A DNA stretch of 63,900 nucleotides, counting the filler, from Vicugna vicugna (Eukaryota): assembly GCA_013265495.1 (NCBI GenBank). It is 81 parts of 79 records of this genome, joined end to end, with 100 filler letters (N's around TTAATTAATTAA, not from the genome) between each part and the next. Parts side by side here need not be neighbours in the genome. Positions count along the whole stretch, not along the records: positions 36,193 to 36,689 come from MU058024.1; positions 36,790 to 37,501 come from MU058025.1; positions 37,602 to 38,070 come from MU058027.1; positions 38,171 to 38,629 come from PNXW01002850.1; positions 38,730 to 39,516 come from PNXW01002851.1; positions 39,617 to 40,349 come from PNXW01002852.1; positions 40,450 to 41,054 come from PNXW01002853.1; positions 41,155 to 41,680 come from PNXW01002857.1; 73 more parts are not named here. One strand, 5' to 3'. Numbering within the stretch: the stretch's first letter is position 1; each line of letters begins with the position of its first letter. Below, piece after piece: positions 36,193 to 49,195 of the stretch. The notes under the pieces were generated by a model that saw only the letters and a list, made by a program, of their open reading frames with translations, was not told the DNA's origin and searched no databases. The translations under genes were made by a program, and so were the position numbers.

Positions 36193-36689
36193 AGAGACAA
36201 CTCCACGCAGCTCTCTTCAGTCACAAGTGTTCTCTGTACGGGGAAGTCCGAGAAATACATTCACATACCTTGGGGAGGCAGCCTCTGACACTGGGATATC
36301 CTGCAATCACCCCTAGCATTCCCTGGCACAGAGACATTAGGAAAATCCTCAGGGGAGACGACTTAGGCTTTCCGTTAGAACTCNNNNNNNNNNNNNNNNN
36401 NNNNNNNNNNNNNNNNNNNNNNNNNNNNNNNNNNNNNNNNNNNNNNNNNNNNNNNNNNNNNNNNNNNNNNNNNNNNNNNNNNNGTTCCCTGTACGGGGAA
36501 GCCCGAGAAATAACTTCTCTGACCTTGGGGAGGCATCCTCTGACACTGGGATATCCTGCAATCACCCCTAGCATTCCCTGGCACAGAGACATTAATAAAA
36601 ACTCATGGGAGACGTGCTTAGGCTTTCCGTTAGAACGCACGAATTGCCGACCGTTGGTGGATCCTCCCCACTCTCAGGATTCCGGAAAA
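36193..36689 (+). repeat. Satellite A
   Basis: Same monomer. Confidence 0.95.
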
Positions 36690-36789
36690 NNNNNNNNNNN
36701 NNNNNNNNNNNNNNNNNNNNNNNNNNNNNNNNNTTAATTAATTAANNNNNNNNNNNNNNNNNNNNNNNNNNNNNNNNNNNNNNNNNNNN

Positions 36790-37501
36790 GAAAGTTCACT
36801 AATCCTCATGCTCACAACTCAGAAACTCATGTTTGCCCAATCCGTCTTGCGTAAATCATTTACGGAATCCGGAATGCCCTGTTGATGGAATGCATTTAAA
36901 TTACATATCTGTTAGGTGGAAATCAGTCCAGAAGTATTTTTCTGTGAAAAATGCACGAATTCTTATCTGGTGTTACGGAAAGCTTGTGAAAATCTGTACA
37001 CGTGTCTAGAAGAAAATTTTCCTATTATAGAGGAAGAAACATCAGTAATCCACATGCTCTCAACTCAGGAATGCATGTTTTTCTTATCCGTCATGCATGT
37101 AGCATGTANNNNNNNNNNNNNNNNNNNNNNNNNNNNNNNNNNNNNNNNNNNNNNNNNNNNNNNNNNNNNNNNNNNNNNNNNNNNNNNNNNNNNNNNNNNN
37201 NNNNNNNNNNNNNNNNNNNNNNNNNNNNNNNNNNNNNNNNNNNNNNNNNNNNNNNNNNNNNNNNNNNNNNNNNNNNNTTTAAGTGCAAACTTGTAATGAT
37301 TGAAATATCATTCATGAGCATATACACAGCTCAGAAACGCATGTTTGAGGAAACGGTATTGCATGAAACTTGTTCGTGATATGAAATGCCATGGTAATGT
37401 AAACAATGTAAATTACATGTGTATTGTTGAAAATTCGCTCTAAGAGAGTTTTCTCTTGCCAAATGTCCGATTTTAGAACCTAGTGATACAAAAAACCTAT
37501 G
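36790..37501 (+). repeat. Satellite D
   Basis: D subunits. Confidence 0.9.
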
Positions 37502-38170
37502 NNNNNNNNNNNNNNNNNNNNNNNNNNNNNNNNNNNNNNNNNNNNTTAATTAATTAANNNNNNNNNNNNNNNNNNNNNNNNNNNNNNNNNNNNNNNNNNN
37601 NAAAGTGTAGTTTTAGTCCTTTATTAAGAAGCAAAAATAAAAAAAAATTGCTCATGTTTCTTACTAAAATTATATATGAGGTAGAAAAAGTAATTCTAAT
37701 AGAAAAGAACAAATTTCACTCCATGTTAGATGTGTTCGNNNNNNNNNNNNNNNNNNNNNNNNNNNNNNNNNNNNNNNNNNNNNNNNTTTCTGCACCTTTT
37801 GTAAAAGAATGTTGCCTTTAGCCTGAAATACCCAGGAGGGCCTATTCTCCGGGCTCTGATCTTTAAGGATATTAGCTCTTCTACACTTATGTACAGATGG
37901 CAAGTTGCAAAAAAATTCTTTTTTTTGGAGGTTATACGGGGGCACCATAATTTGACCCACATGAACAGCTGCAGGAACAAATAGAATAGAAAACAAATTC
38001 AAACAAAATCAAATAGAAACAATTTGTACAGCAAGAAGTTTGCAACAACCAGCCACATCCCCGCCGCTTTNNNNNNNNNNNNNNNNNNNNNNNNNNNNNN
38101 NNNNNNNNNNNNNNTTAATTAATTAANNNNNNNNNNNNNNNNNNNNNNNNNNNNNNNNNNNNNNNNNNNN

Positions 38171-38629
38171 TTTTTTTCAACATAAGCATTAAAGATTTCT
38201 CATTCTACTGCCTCTGGGTTTTGTTTGTTCTTATTTCTTGTTCTTTTGGGCAGGATGCTTCATCCTTTCTATGAGGTTTTTCTAGTTCCTTGTAGAAGTC
38301 TTGATTTGTTCTCAACTTCCCTCTTAGATTTGTCTTTGCTGCATCCCTTATGTTTTATGAAGCTGTGTTTTCATTTTAATTTATCTCCAGGTATGATTTT
38401 ATTACCTCTTTGATGTCATCATTGACCTTGTTTTATTGTATTTCTTTAAAGGATGTGGTTTGACTTCTTGATAGTGCTTTTCCTATTCTTCTTTCTAGAG
38501 TTGATACACAGTTTCTTACTTTTGTGTATGGAAAAATACTTGCTGAAATCTAAATTTGCTTAAAATAAAGTTCCTGAGGCAATTTTTATGACATAATATG
38601 TGGTTAATTCCTTAGATAACATCCTGTGA
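38171..38629 (-). mobile_element. L1 ORF2 fragment (antisense)
   Basis: TTGCTGCATCCCTTATGTTTT...GTGTTTTCATTT, typical of antisense L1 ORF2. Confidence 0.6.
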
Positions 38630-39383
38630 NNNNNNNNNNNNNNNNNNNNNNNNNNNNNNNNNNNNNNNNNNNNTTAATTAATTAANNNNNNNNNNNNNNN
38701 NNNNNNNNNNNNNNNNNNNNNNNNNNNNNTTTGTAGACATGCTTAGTACAATTAGAGTTATCACATATCAGTAGGTGTAATTCTTATAACACTATAAAAT
38801 TTTTAGAAAGGGAGAATATTTATGGAATATTATCAGGAAAAATTTTTTTAGGAAATTTGCTCTGTCCAAATATATACAGAGCTAAGGCTCTTACTGTGAG
38901 GGGAGCTGTATAGTTTAGAGATCAGATGTAATTTTTAAGTGTAGTCAGATTTATTAATCTTTTATTTTAAGCCTTGTGGGTTTGTTGTAATTCAGAGAAA
39001 GGCTTTTCTAATTCTGAGCTTCTTAAAAAATCTCTTGTGGTTTCTTTTTTACTTTCATGGATTCATTGTCTTCAGTTAAATTTTTCAACTTTGGGGGATT
39101 TCTGCTTGTATAGTTTGAGACATGTATCCAACTTTGGTTTTTCCAGTTGGATGTCCGCTTATTGCAAGCTTTTCATTATATAGACATAGAGATTAGTCTT
39201 TCATTCCAGAGAAAATTGTGATGTGTCAGTTTATTAAGTACTAGCTAAAAGTCTCCTTTGTTTTACTTAGGTTTCTCACAGTCATGACAAATTGATAAAA
39301 ACCAATTGTTGCAAGAAGAAATTGCCATGCTGAAATGAGATAAGAAAAAACAAAAAAAATCAGAAATGAGAAAAGGAAAATAA

Positions 39384-39515
<132 letters not shown>

Positions 39516-39616
39516 TNNNNNNNNNNNNNNNNNNNNNNNNNNNNNNNNNNNNNNNNNNNNTTAATTAATTAANNNNNNNNNNNNNNNNNNNNNNNNNNNN
39601 NNNNNNNNNNNNNNNN

Positions 39617-40349
39617 CAAATCATTGAAAGAGGGAGAAGGAGGCAGGAAAATAGAGAATTTGTTTTTGGTCTTTCTTTTTAAAAATTTCTGTTATCGGTA
39701 GGACGGTTTTGAGATCATGTTACTATCAGTTTAATAAAAGCAGTTATAATAATGGTCTAAAAGACTTATATAAAAGGGTAACAACAAGACAAAAACTTAT
39801 CAGGGTGTCACTAAAACTAAATAAATTCCATGATATTTCAAAGGAAAATGACCAAACCATAAAAGGAAGATGAAATGAACAAAGAGGAAATACCAAATCA
39901 ACTGCAAAGATAAGGTCAAATTGGCAATAAATGCAAACATATCATCGATTATTATAAATGTTAATGGACTAAATGCTCCAGTCAAAGTCATAGAGTGGCA
40001 GGGTGGATAATAAAACAAGAACTTTCAATATGCTGCCTACAAGAGATCCACTTCAGGGAGAAGGACACATATACATTGAGAGAGAAAGGATGGAAAAGGT
40101 ATTTCATACAAATGGAAAAGCCAAAAAGACAGGAGTCGCAGTACTGATTTCTGACAAAACAGTCTTTAAAACAAAGACCATAAAGAAAGATAAAGAACAC
40201 TTTATAATGATTGAAGGAGTGATAAAAGATGAGGATAGAACACTTGTTAGTACATATGCAGCAAATAGAGGAGCACCTAAGTACATAAAGTAATTATATA
40301 AAGCAATTACTAACAGATATAAAGGGGGATAGTGATGGGAACCTAATCA
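39617..40349 (+). mobile_element. L1 inter-ORF region and ORF2 endonuclease N-terminus, frameshifted
   Basis: INVNGLNAPVK, ICCLQEIHF, GVAVLISDK, HFIMIEG and YAANRGAPKYIK motifs. Confidence 0.92.
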
Positions 40350-40449
40350 NNNNNNNNNNNNNNNNNNNNNNNNNNNNNNNNNNNNNNNNNNNNTTAATTA
40401 ATTAANNNNNNNNNNNNNNNNNNNNNNNNNNNNNNNNNNNNNNNNNNNN

Positions 40450-41054
40450 AGCATTCCCTGGCACAGAGATATTAGGAAAACCGTCATGGGAGACGAAGTT
40501 AGGCTTTCCGTTATAACACACGTGCTGCCGACCGTTGTTGGAACCTCCCCACGATCAGGATTCCGGAACCATTGTCAGTGCGTGGGGGAGCTCGATACAA
40601 AACTCCACGCAGCTCTCTTCATTCACAGGAGTTCCCTGTTCGGGGAAGTCCGGGAAATACCAACCCTGACCTTGGGGAGGTATCCTCGGTCACTGGGATA
40701 ACCTGCAATCACCCCTAGCATTCCCTGGCACAGAGACATTAGGAAAACCCTCAGGGGAGACGAGCTTAGGCATTCCGTTAGAACCCACGCGCTGCCGACT
40801 GTTGGTGGAACCTCCCTACGCTCAGACTACGCTCAGGATTCAGGAACCATTGTCAGTGCCTGGGGGAGCTCGAGAGAGAATTCCACGCAGGTCTCTTCAG
40901 TCACAGGTGTTCCCTGTTCGGGGAAGTTGGAGAAATATCTTCCTACACCTAGGGGAGGCAGCCTCGGTCACTGGGATATCCTGTAATCACCCCTAGCATT
41001 GCCTGGCAAAGAGACATTAGGAAAAGTCTCAGGGGAGACGAGCCTAGGCATTCC
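40450..41054 (+). repeat. Satellite A
   Basis: Same monomer. Confidence 0.95.
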
Positions 41055-41154
41055 NNNNNNNNNNNNNNNNNNNNNNNNNNNNNNNNNNNNNNNNNNNNTT
41101 AATTAATTAANNNNNNNNNNNNNNNNNNNNNNNNNNNNNNNNNNNNNNNNNNNN

Positions 41155-41680
41155 TTAAACTACTTCCCCAAACTTGGAACACCTGTGCCCCATAAAGATT
41201 CGGGAAATATTTTCCCCACCTCCAGCAAACACACGGAGACTTGCTCAGGTATCCTGATTGTGGGGAGGCTCCTCCAAATGACAGTAGCGCCTGCGTTCTA
41301 ATAGAATCCATTAGCTTGTCTTCCCTGATGGCATGCCCAGGCTGGAGAGAGTGGGAAAGAGGGGGTTGGGCTCTAAACCAAGTATAAGCGAGAGCATATC
41401 CATGGGATGTGGGTTTTTAACCTACAACCCACAACCATGGAATAAATGTGCCCCCTGATTGATGCTTTGACTCTTTCCCTACATCCAGCACACACACGAA
41501 AAAGACTATTCTGAGTGTGGGGAAGTTCCTCAAACTGACAGCAGCACCTGGATTCTATTAGTATCAATTAGCTTCTGTTCCCTGAGTGTTCCTTTAGGCC
41601 AGGCCATGAGGGAAAGCTGGGTTTTGGGCTTGGAGGCCAAGTAGAATTGAGTGCCCCCTGATCCACTGAGGAAGTACTTA
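41155..41680 (-). repeat. Satellite B
   Basis: Overlaps both the 11090 and 11489 scaffolds. Confidence 0.88.
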
Positions 41681-41780
41681 NNNNNNNNNNNNNNNNNNNN
41701 NNNNNNNNNNNNNNNNNNNNNNNNTTAATTAATTAANNNNNNNNNNNNNNNNNNNNNNNNNNNNNNNNNNNNNNNNNNNN

Positions 41781-42327
41781 GTAGATGGAATCTATTCAAA
41801 TTACATATCTCTAGGGAAGGATTCGATCGAAGAGGGGTTTTGTGGGATCAAAGTGTGATTCTTGAAACTGGTGATAGGAAGAATCTACAAAGTCAAAGTA
41901 AATATTTCAGAGTGCATAGGTAACTTGTTTGGTGGTTGAAACATCAGTCATGCGCATGTTCACAACTCAGAAATGCATGTTTGNNNNNNNNNNNNNNNNN
42001 NNNNNNNNNNNNNNNNNNNNNNNNNNNNNNNNNNNNNNNNNNNNNNNNNNNNNNNNNNNNNNNNNNNNNNNNNNNNNNNNNNNNNNNNNNNNNNNNNNNN
42101 NNNNNNNNNNNNNNNNNNNNNNNNNNNNNNNNNNNNNNNNNNNNNNNNNNNNNNNNNNNNNNNNNNNNNNNNNNNNNNNTTGTTCGGAGAAGGTTTGTAC
42201 TCCACATGTTCACAAGTCAGAAACACACGATTGCCAAATCCGTCATACATGAAGCATGTACGAAACCCGGAATGCCATTTTTTCGGAATACATGTAAATT
42301 ACATATCTGTTAGGTGGAAATCGCTCC
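41781..42327 (+). repeat. Satellite D
   Basis: D subunits. Confidence 0.9.
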
Positions 42328-42427
42328 NNNNNNNNNNNNNNNNNNNNNNNNNNNNNNNNNNNNNNNNNNNNTTAATTAATTAANNNNNNNNNNNNNNNNN
42401 NNNNNNNNNNNNNNNNNNNNNNNNNNN

Positions 42428-43336
42428 GGAGTTGTCTCTCAAGCTCCCCCACGCACTGACAATGGTTCCGAATTGCTGAGCGTGGGGAGGTTCCACCAAC
42501 GGTAGGCAGCGCGTGGATTCTAACGGAAAGCCTAAGCTCGTCTCCCCTGAGGGTTTTCCTAATGTCTCTGTGCCAGGGAATGCAAGGGGGTTTTGCAGGC
42601 TATCCCAGTGACAGAGGCTGCCTCCCCAAGGTCAGGGAAGTTATTTCTCGGACTTCCATGTACAGGGAACACCTGTGACTGAAGAGAGCTGCGTGGANNN
42701 NNNNNNNNNNNNNNNNNNNNNNNNNNNNNNNNNNNNNNNNNNNNNNNNNNNNNNNNNNNNNNNNNNNNNNNNNNNNNNNNNNNNNNNNNNNNNNNNNNNN
42801 NNNNNNNNNNNNNNNNNNNNNNNNNNNNNNNNNNNNNNNNNNNNNNNNNNNNNNNNNNNNNNNNNNNNNNNNNNNNNNNNNNNNNNNNNNNNNNNNNNNN
42901 NNNNNNNNNNNNNNNNNNNNNNNNNNNNNNNNNNNNNNNNNNNNNNNNNNNNNNNNNNNNNNNNNNNNNNNNNNNNNNNNNNNNNNNNNNNNNNNNNNNN
43001 NNNNNNNNNNNNNNNNNNNNNNNNNNNNNNNNNNNNNNNNNNNNNNNNNNNNNNNNNNNNNNCCCTGAGGGTTTTCATACTGTCTCTGTGCCAGGGAATG
43101 CTAGGGGGGTTTGCATGATATCCCAGTGACAGAGGCTGCCTCCCCAAGTTCAGGGAAGCTATTTCTAGGACTTCCCCGAACAGGGAAAACCTGTGACCGA
43201 AGAGAGCTGCGTGGAGTTGTCTCTCGAGCTCCCCCACGCTCGGACCATGTTTCCGGAATCCTGAGCGTAGGAAAGTTCCACCAACTGTCGTCAGCGCGTC
43301 TGTTCTAACGGAATGCCTAAGCTCGTCTCCCCTGAG
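42428..43336 (-). repeat. Satellite A
   Basis: Same monomer. Confidence 0.95.
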
Positions 43337-43436
43337 NNNNNNNNNNNNNNNNNNNNNNNNNNNNNNNNNNNNNNNNNNNNTTAATTAATTAANNNNNNNN
43401 NNNNNNNNNNNNNNNNNNNNNNNNNNNNNNNNNNNN

Positions 43437-44281
43437 TCTAAATTATGGGTTCTATATTCTGTTCTCCATATTCTAAATTCTTTGTTGTAAATTCTATTTT
43501 CTGTATTCTATATTCTGCATTCTGTATTCTACATACCATATTCTGTGTTCTACATTCTATATTCTACATTCTATATTCTACATTCTATATTCTACATTCT
43601 ATATTCTACATTCTATATTCTACATTCTATATTCTACATTCTATATTCTACATTCTATATTCTACATTCTATATTCTACATTCTATATTCTACATTCTAT
43701 ATTCTACATTCTATATTCTACATTCTATATTCTACATTCTATATTCTACATTCTATATTCTACATTCTATATTCTAAATTCTATATTCTATATTCTAATT
43801 TCGATACTCAGTATTCTGTACTTTATCTTGTAAATTCTGTGTTCTAAATAAAATGTTCTAAATTCTGGTTTCTATATTCTATAATCTATATTCTATATTC
43901 TGTGATCTACATTCTATATTCTAAATTCTATATTAAGTATTCCGTATTCTATATTCTATATTCTGGTTTCTGCATTCCATGTTCTAAAATCTATATTCAG
44001 GATTCTGTATTCTATATTCTGAATTCTGAGTTCTGCCTTCCATGTTCTATATTCTATATTCAGTATTCTGTATTCTATATAGTAATTGCTGTGTTCCGCA
44101 TTCAATGTTCTAAATTCTATATAAATTATTCTGTATTTTATATTCCAAATACTGTTTTCTGCATTCCATGTTCTAAATTCTGGGTTCTATATTCTGTTAT
44201 CCATATTCTAAATTTTGTGTTCTACATTCTATATTAGTATTCAATATTCTGCATTCCGTATTCTACATTCCATATACTTTG
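43437..44281 (+). repeat. Satellite E with a perfect (TTCTACATTCTATA)16 core at 43548-43771
   Basis: Direct reading. Confidence 0.95.
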
Positions 44282-44669
44282 NNNNNNNNNNNNNNNNNNN
44301 NNNNNNNNNNNNNNNNNNNNNNNNNTTAATTAATTAANNNNNNNNNNNNNNNNNNNNNNNNNNNNNNNNNNNNNNNNNNNNGATTCTCCAAGAAATTATA
44401 CCATATTTTCACTCTAGTATCTTAAGATCTATCCTATTGTTTCCCCATTTTCTACAAAATTGAAACCATTCTGTATATGGGTAAACTTAAGCTGTGTGCC
44501 TATTTTAATTCAACTTATTTCAGGGACCATAAGGAGAGACACAAGCGTGGGGGCATAAATGTAAATTTATACTTAGAACCAAGGAGCTTCCTTGGGCAGC
44601 ACTCAGCCTCAGGGAAAAAGGAGTCCAGTTGTGCAGACTTCATCCAAGAGCATGGGGGCAGAGGTGATT

Positions 44670-45140
44670 GTGGAACATCATGGACTAAGTCATTATTCAG
44701 CCATCAAAGAGAAGGAAACCTTGCTATTGTGAAAACAAACGTGGAGGACACGTTGCTGAGTAGAAAGATTCTGAGGCAGAAAGAAAAATACTGCAGGAAC
44801 TCACCTATGTGTTAAGTCAAAAAAGTCAAACTCCTAGAAGAGGGTAGGATGGTAGTTGCTGGGGCTGGTCAGTGGGAGAAATGGGGAAATGGTCTAAGGG
44901 TACAAACTTTCAGTTTTAAGACTAAGTTCTGGGGGTATAACCTACAATGTGGTGACTGTAGTAAATAATACTGTATTGTACACTTGAAATCACCTAAGTG
45001 CTCTTACACAAAAATATGGTAACTACATGAAGTGATGGATGTGCTAATTAGCTTAATGGTCACAATCATTTTGCAATGCATATTAAAGTATCATGTTGTA
45101 CATCTTAAATATATAAAATGTTTTGTTTGTAAATTTCAAA
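44670..45140 (+). mobile_element. Old L1 3' end
   Basis: AAGGGTACAAACTTTCAGTT...GTGACTGTAGTAAATAATACTGTATTGTACACTTGAAAT. Confidence 0.8.
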
Positions 45141-45361
45141 AGCATTGCCTTTTGATGGAGTATGCAAGGATTTGTTTCTGAACCTTGGAAAGAAAAGGAA
45201 GAAACGATAGTATTTTGGTCAAAGTGCTGTATCCTAAAGTCTCTGTAAAATCTACAAATCGNNNNNNNNNNNNNNNNNNNNNNNNNNNNNNNNNNNNNNN
45301 NNNNNTTAATTAATTAANNNNNNNNNNNNNNNNNNNNNNNNNNNNNNNNNNNNNNNNNNNN

Positions 45362-46908
45362 AGACCGAGAAATACCTTCCCTGACCTTGGGGACGCAGCC
45401 TCTGTCCTGGGATATCCTGCAAACCCGCCTAGCATTGCCTGGCACAGAGACATTAGGAAAAATCTCAGGGGAGACGAGCTTAGGCATTCTGTTAGAACCC
45501 ACGCGATAACGACCGTTGGTGGAACCTCCCCACGCTCCGGATTCCGGAAACATTGTCAGTGCGTGGGGGGTCTCGAGAGACAACCCCACGCAGCTCTCTT
45601 GAGTCACAGGTGTTCCCTGTTCAGGGAAGTCGGAGAAATGCCTTCCCTGACCTTGGGGAGGCAGCATCTGACACTGGGATATCCTGCAAAATCCCCTAGA
45701 AATCCCTGGCACAGAGACATTAGGAAAACCCTCAGGNNNNNNNNNNNNNNNNNNNNNNNNNNNNNNNNNNNNNNNNNNNNNNNNNNNNNNNNNNNNNNNN
45801 NNNNNNNNNNNNNNNNNNNNNNNNNNNNNNNNNNNNNNNNNNNNNNNNNNNNNNNNNNNNNNNNNNNNNNNNNNNNNNNNNNNNNNNNNNNNNNNNNNNN
45901 NNNNNNNNNNNNNNNNNNNNNNNNNNNNNNNNNNNNNNNNNNNNNNNNNNNNNNNNNNNNNNNNNNNNNNNNNNNNNNNNNNNNNNNNNNNNNNNNNNNN
46001 NNNNNNNNNNNNNNNNNNNNNNNNNNNNNNNNNNNNNNNNNNNNNNNNNNNNNNNNNNNNNNNNNNNNNNNNNNNNNNNNNNNNNNNNNNNNNNNNNNNN
46101 NNNNNNNNNNNNNNNNNNNTCACAGGTGTTCCCTGTTCGGGGAAGCCCGAGAAATACCTTCCCTGACCTTGGGGAGGCAGCCTCTGACACTGGGATAACC
46201 TACAAACCCCCCTAGCATTCCCTGGCACAGAGACATTAGGAAAACCCTCAGGGGAGACGAGCTTATGCTTTCCGTTAGAACCGACGCACTGCCGACCGTT
46301 AGTGGAACCTCCGCACGCTCAGGATTCCGGAAACATTGTCAGTGCGTTGGGGAGAACGAGAGACAACTCCACGCAGCTCTCTTCAGTCACAGGGGTTCCC
46401 TGATCGGGGAAGTCCGAGAAACACCTTCCCTGACCTTTGGGAGCCAACCTCTGTCACTGGGATAACCTGCAAACACCCCCAGCATTCTCTGGCACAGAGA
46501 CATTAGGAAAACCCTCAGGGGAGACGAGCTTAGGCATTCCATTAGAACCCAAGCCCTGCCGACCGTTGGTGGAACCTCCCCACGCTCAGGATTCCGGAAC
46601 CATTGTCANNNNNNNNNNNNNNNNNNNNNNNNNNNNNNNNNNNNNNNNNNNNNNNNNNNNNNNNNNNNNNNNNNNNNNNNNNNNNNNNNNNNNNNNNNNN
46701 NNNNNNNNNNNNNNNNNNNNNNNNNNNNNNNNNNNNNNNNNNNNNNNNNNNNNNNNNNNNNNNNNNNNNNNNNNNNNNNGGAGACGAGCTTAGGCATTCC
46801 GTTAGAACCCACGCGCTGCCGAACGTTGGTGGAACCTCCCCACGCTCCGGATTCCGAAACATATGTCAGTGCGTGGTGGAGATCGAGAGACAACTCCACG
46901 AAGCTCTC
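45362..46908 (+). repeat. Satellite A
   Basis: Same monomer. Confidence 0.95.
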
Positions 46909-47008
46909 NNNNNNNNNNNNNNNNNNNNNNNNNNNNNNNNNNNNNNNNNNNNTTAATTAATTAANNNNNNNNNNNNNNNNNNNNNNNNNNNNNNNNNNNN
47001 NNNNNNNN

Positions 47009-48124
47009 ATTTTTTCTATCACCATGTTCTCAATTCGGACATTTGGCACTAGAAAATACTCTTTGAGCATATTCTCACAAATACACATGTAATTTGCATT
47101 GTTTACATAACCATGGCATTCCGTATTCCGAACATGTTTCATACATCACGGATTCCTCAAACATGTATTTCTGAGTTATGACCATGCGCATGACTGATGT
47201 TTCAACCATAAAAAGTTACCTTTGGACATTGATCTATCTACATTGACTTCATAGCTTCTTCCAATCACCAGATTCAAGAATCTCAACTCAAGAATCACAA
47301 TTTGATCCCAGAAAAACCCTCTTGGAGTGAATACTACCCTAGAGATATGTAATTTGAATAGATTCCATCTTCATGATAATCCGTGTTTAGTACATGCTAC
47401 ATGCATGACAGATTTGGCAAACATGCATTCCTGAGTTGAGAGCATGTGGATTACTGATCTTTCATCCCCTATAAAAGGAATATTTTCTTCTAGACACGTG
47501 GACTCATTTTCACAAGCTTTCCCTAACACCAGGTTCGAATTCGTGCATTTTTCACAGAAAAATACTTCTGGAGCGATTTCCANNNNNNNNNNNNNNNNNN
47601 NNNNNNNNNNNNNNNNNNNNNNNNNNNNNNNNNNNNNNNNNNNNNNNNNNNNNNNNNNNNNNNNNNNNNNNNNNNNNNNNNNNNNNNNNNNNNNNNNNNN
47701 NNNNNNNNNNNNNNNNNNNNNNNNNNNNNNNNNNNNNNNNNNNNNNNNNNNNNNNNNNNNNNNNNNNNNNNNNNNNNNNNNNNNNNNNNNNNNNNNNNNN
47801 NNNNNNNNNNNNNNNNNNNNNNNNNNNNNNNNNNNNNNNNNNNNNNNNNNNNNNNNNNNNNNNNNNNNNNNNNNNNNNNNNNNNNNNNNNNNNNNNNNNN
47901 NNNNNNNNNNNNNNNNNNNNNNNNNNNNNNNNNNNNNNNNNNNNNNNNNNGGGCATGACTTTCAACCATAACATGTTACCTATGCTCTTTGAAATATTTA
48001 CTTTGACTTCGTAGCTTCCCCTATCACTAGTTTCAATGATCACACTTTGATCCCATGCAAACCATCTTGGAGCGAACTGTACCCTAGAAGTATGTAATTT
48101 GAATAGATTCCATCTACATGATAT
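47009..48124 (-). repeat. Satellite D
   Basis: D subunits on the reverse strand. Confidence 0.92.
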
Positions 48125-48269
48125 NNNNNNNNNNNNNNNNNNNNNNNNNNNNNNNNNNNNNNNNNNNNTTAATTAATTAANNNNNNNNNNNNNNNNNNNN
48201 NNNNNNNNNNNNNNNNNNNNNNNNATGTTCTAAGAACTGTATGTTTACGTAAGTTAAGGTCTAAAGATA

Positions 48270-48465
48270 CCTCCCCTGTGTTTTCTTCAAGAACTTCCAT
48301 GGTTTTATCCCTAAATTTTAGGTCCATGTTTAATTTGCAATATTAGTTTCTTTATATGGTACGAAGTAATGGCCAAAATTCACTTTTTCTGGATGTCCAA
48401 CTTATCCAACACCAAGTGTTGAAAAGGTTGTCTTTTCCCCTCCATTGAAATACGTCGATCTCCTT
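48270..48465 (-). mobile_element. L1 ORF2 fragment (antisense)
   Basis: GGATGTCCAACTTATCCAACACCAAGTGTTGAAAAGGTTGTCTTTTCCCC. Confidence 0.7.
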
Positions 48466-48469
48466 GCAC

Positions 48470-48716
48470 TTTAGCCCAGCTGAATGAACGCTTCTCCACA
48501 CGTTCCGTTCTGGGGTCCGAATGTGTGTGTAAGGAGACCTTCACCTACCCTGTTTGGAACACAGAGTTTCTGGGTTTGAGAGAGAGCCCTACCTATATAT
48601 CTAAGGGGTGGCACTTACTTACACTTGCTTTTAAAGGGCAAACATCCTATAACTTGAAACTGGCTCTAGGAAACATGCTGAGAAGTCAGGGTAAGTGTTT
48701 CAAGATTTACCCTTGT
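48470..48716 (+). repeat. Single diverged C/D-family satellite monomer
   Basis: GAATGAACGCTTCTCCACA, TGTGTGTG...CCTTCACCTA, GGAACACAGAGTTTCT and AAACTGGCTCTAGGAAACATGCTGAGAAGTCAGGGTAAGTGTTTC in the same order as in satellite C. Confidence 0.75.
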
Positions 48717-48892
48717 GGGGAGGGAGGCCAAGATGGTAGAGCAGAAGGACACTGGTAACTCACCCTCTCTCACAAATATACGGAAACTCACATCCACGGA
48801 CCCACTCAGTCAACCAGAGCACCTGCAGAACTCCGCCAGAACATCACCCTCTTCAAAAGACAAAGATGCTAAAAACCTGGTAGGAGAAAAGG
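48717..48892 (+). mobile_element. L1 5' UTR head (about 175 bp)
   Basis: CAAGATGGTAGAGCAGAAGGAC...CCTCTTCAAAAGACAAAGATGCTAAAAACCTGGTAGGAGAAAAGG, homologous to the reverse complement of 22329-22492. Confidence 0.8.
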
Positions 48893-49195
48893 TGGTGTCC
48901 CAGATGGTTCAGTGTGGCTTCCTCGTGAACATTTGTTGTGACAGATTCGGGCTTTGGAATGGTCACGATCTCATTCTGAGGAACGCTCCTGGAAGGTATG
49001 GGCAGACCGTCTTCATCTGCCATCCTTAGGGAACATCCCAGCAGAAGTGTTCCAAGGGCCTCTAGGGGTGATGACTATTCTTGGTGGACTTCGGTNNNNN
49101 NNNNNNNNNNNNNNNNNNNNNNNNNNNNNNNNNNNNNNNTTAATTAATTAANNNNNNNNNNNNNNNNNNNNNNNNNNNNNNNNNNNNNNNNNNNN

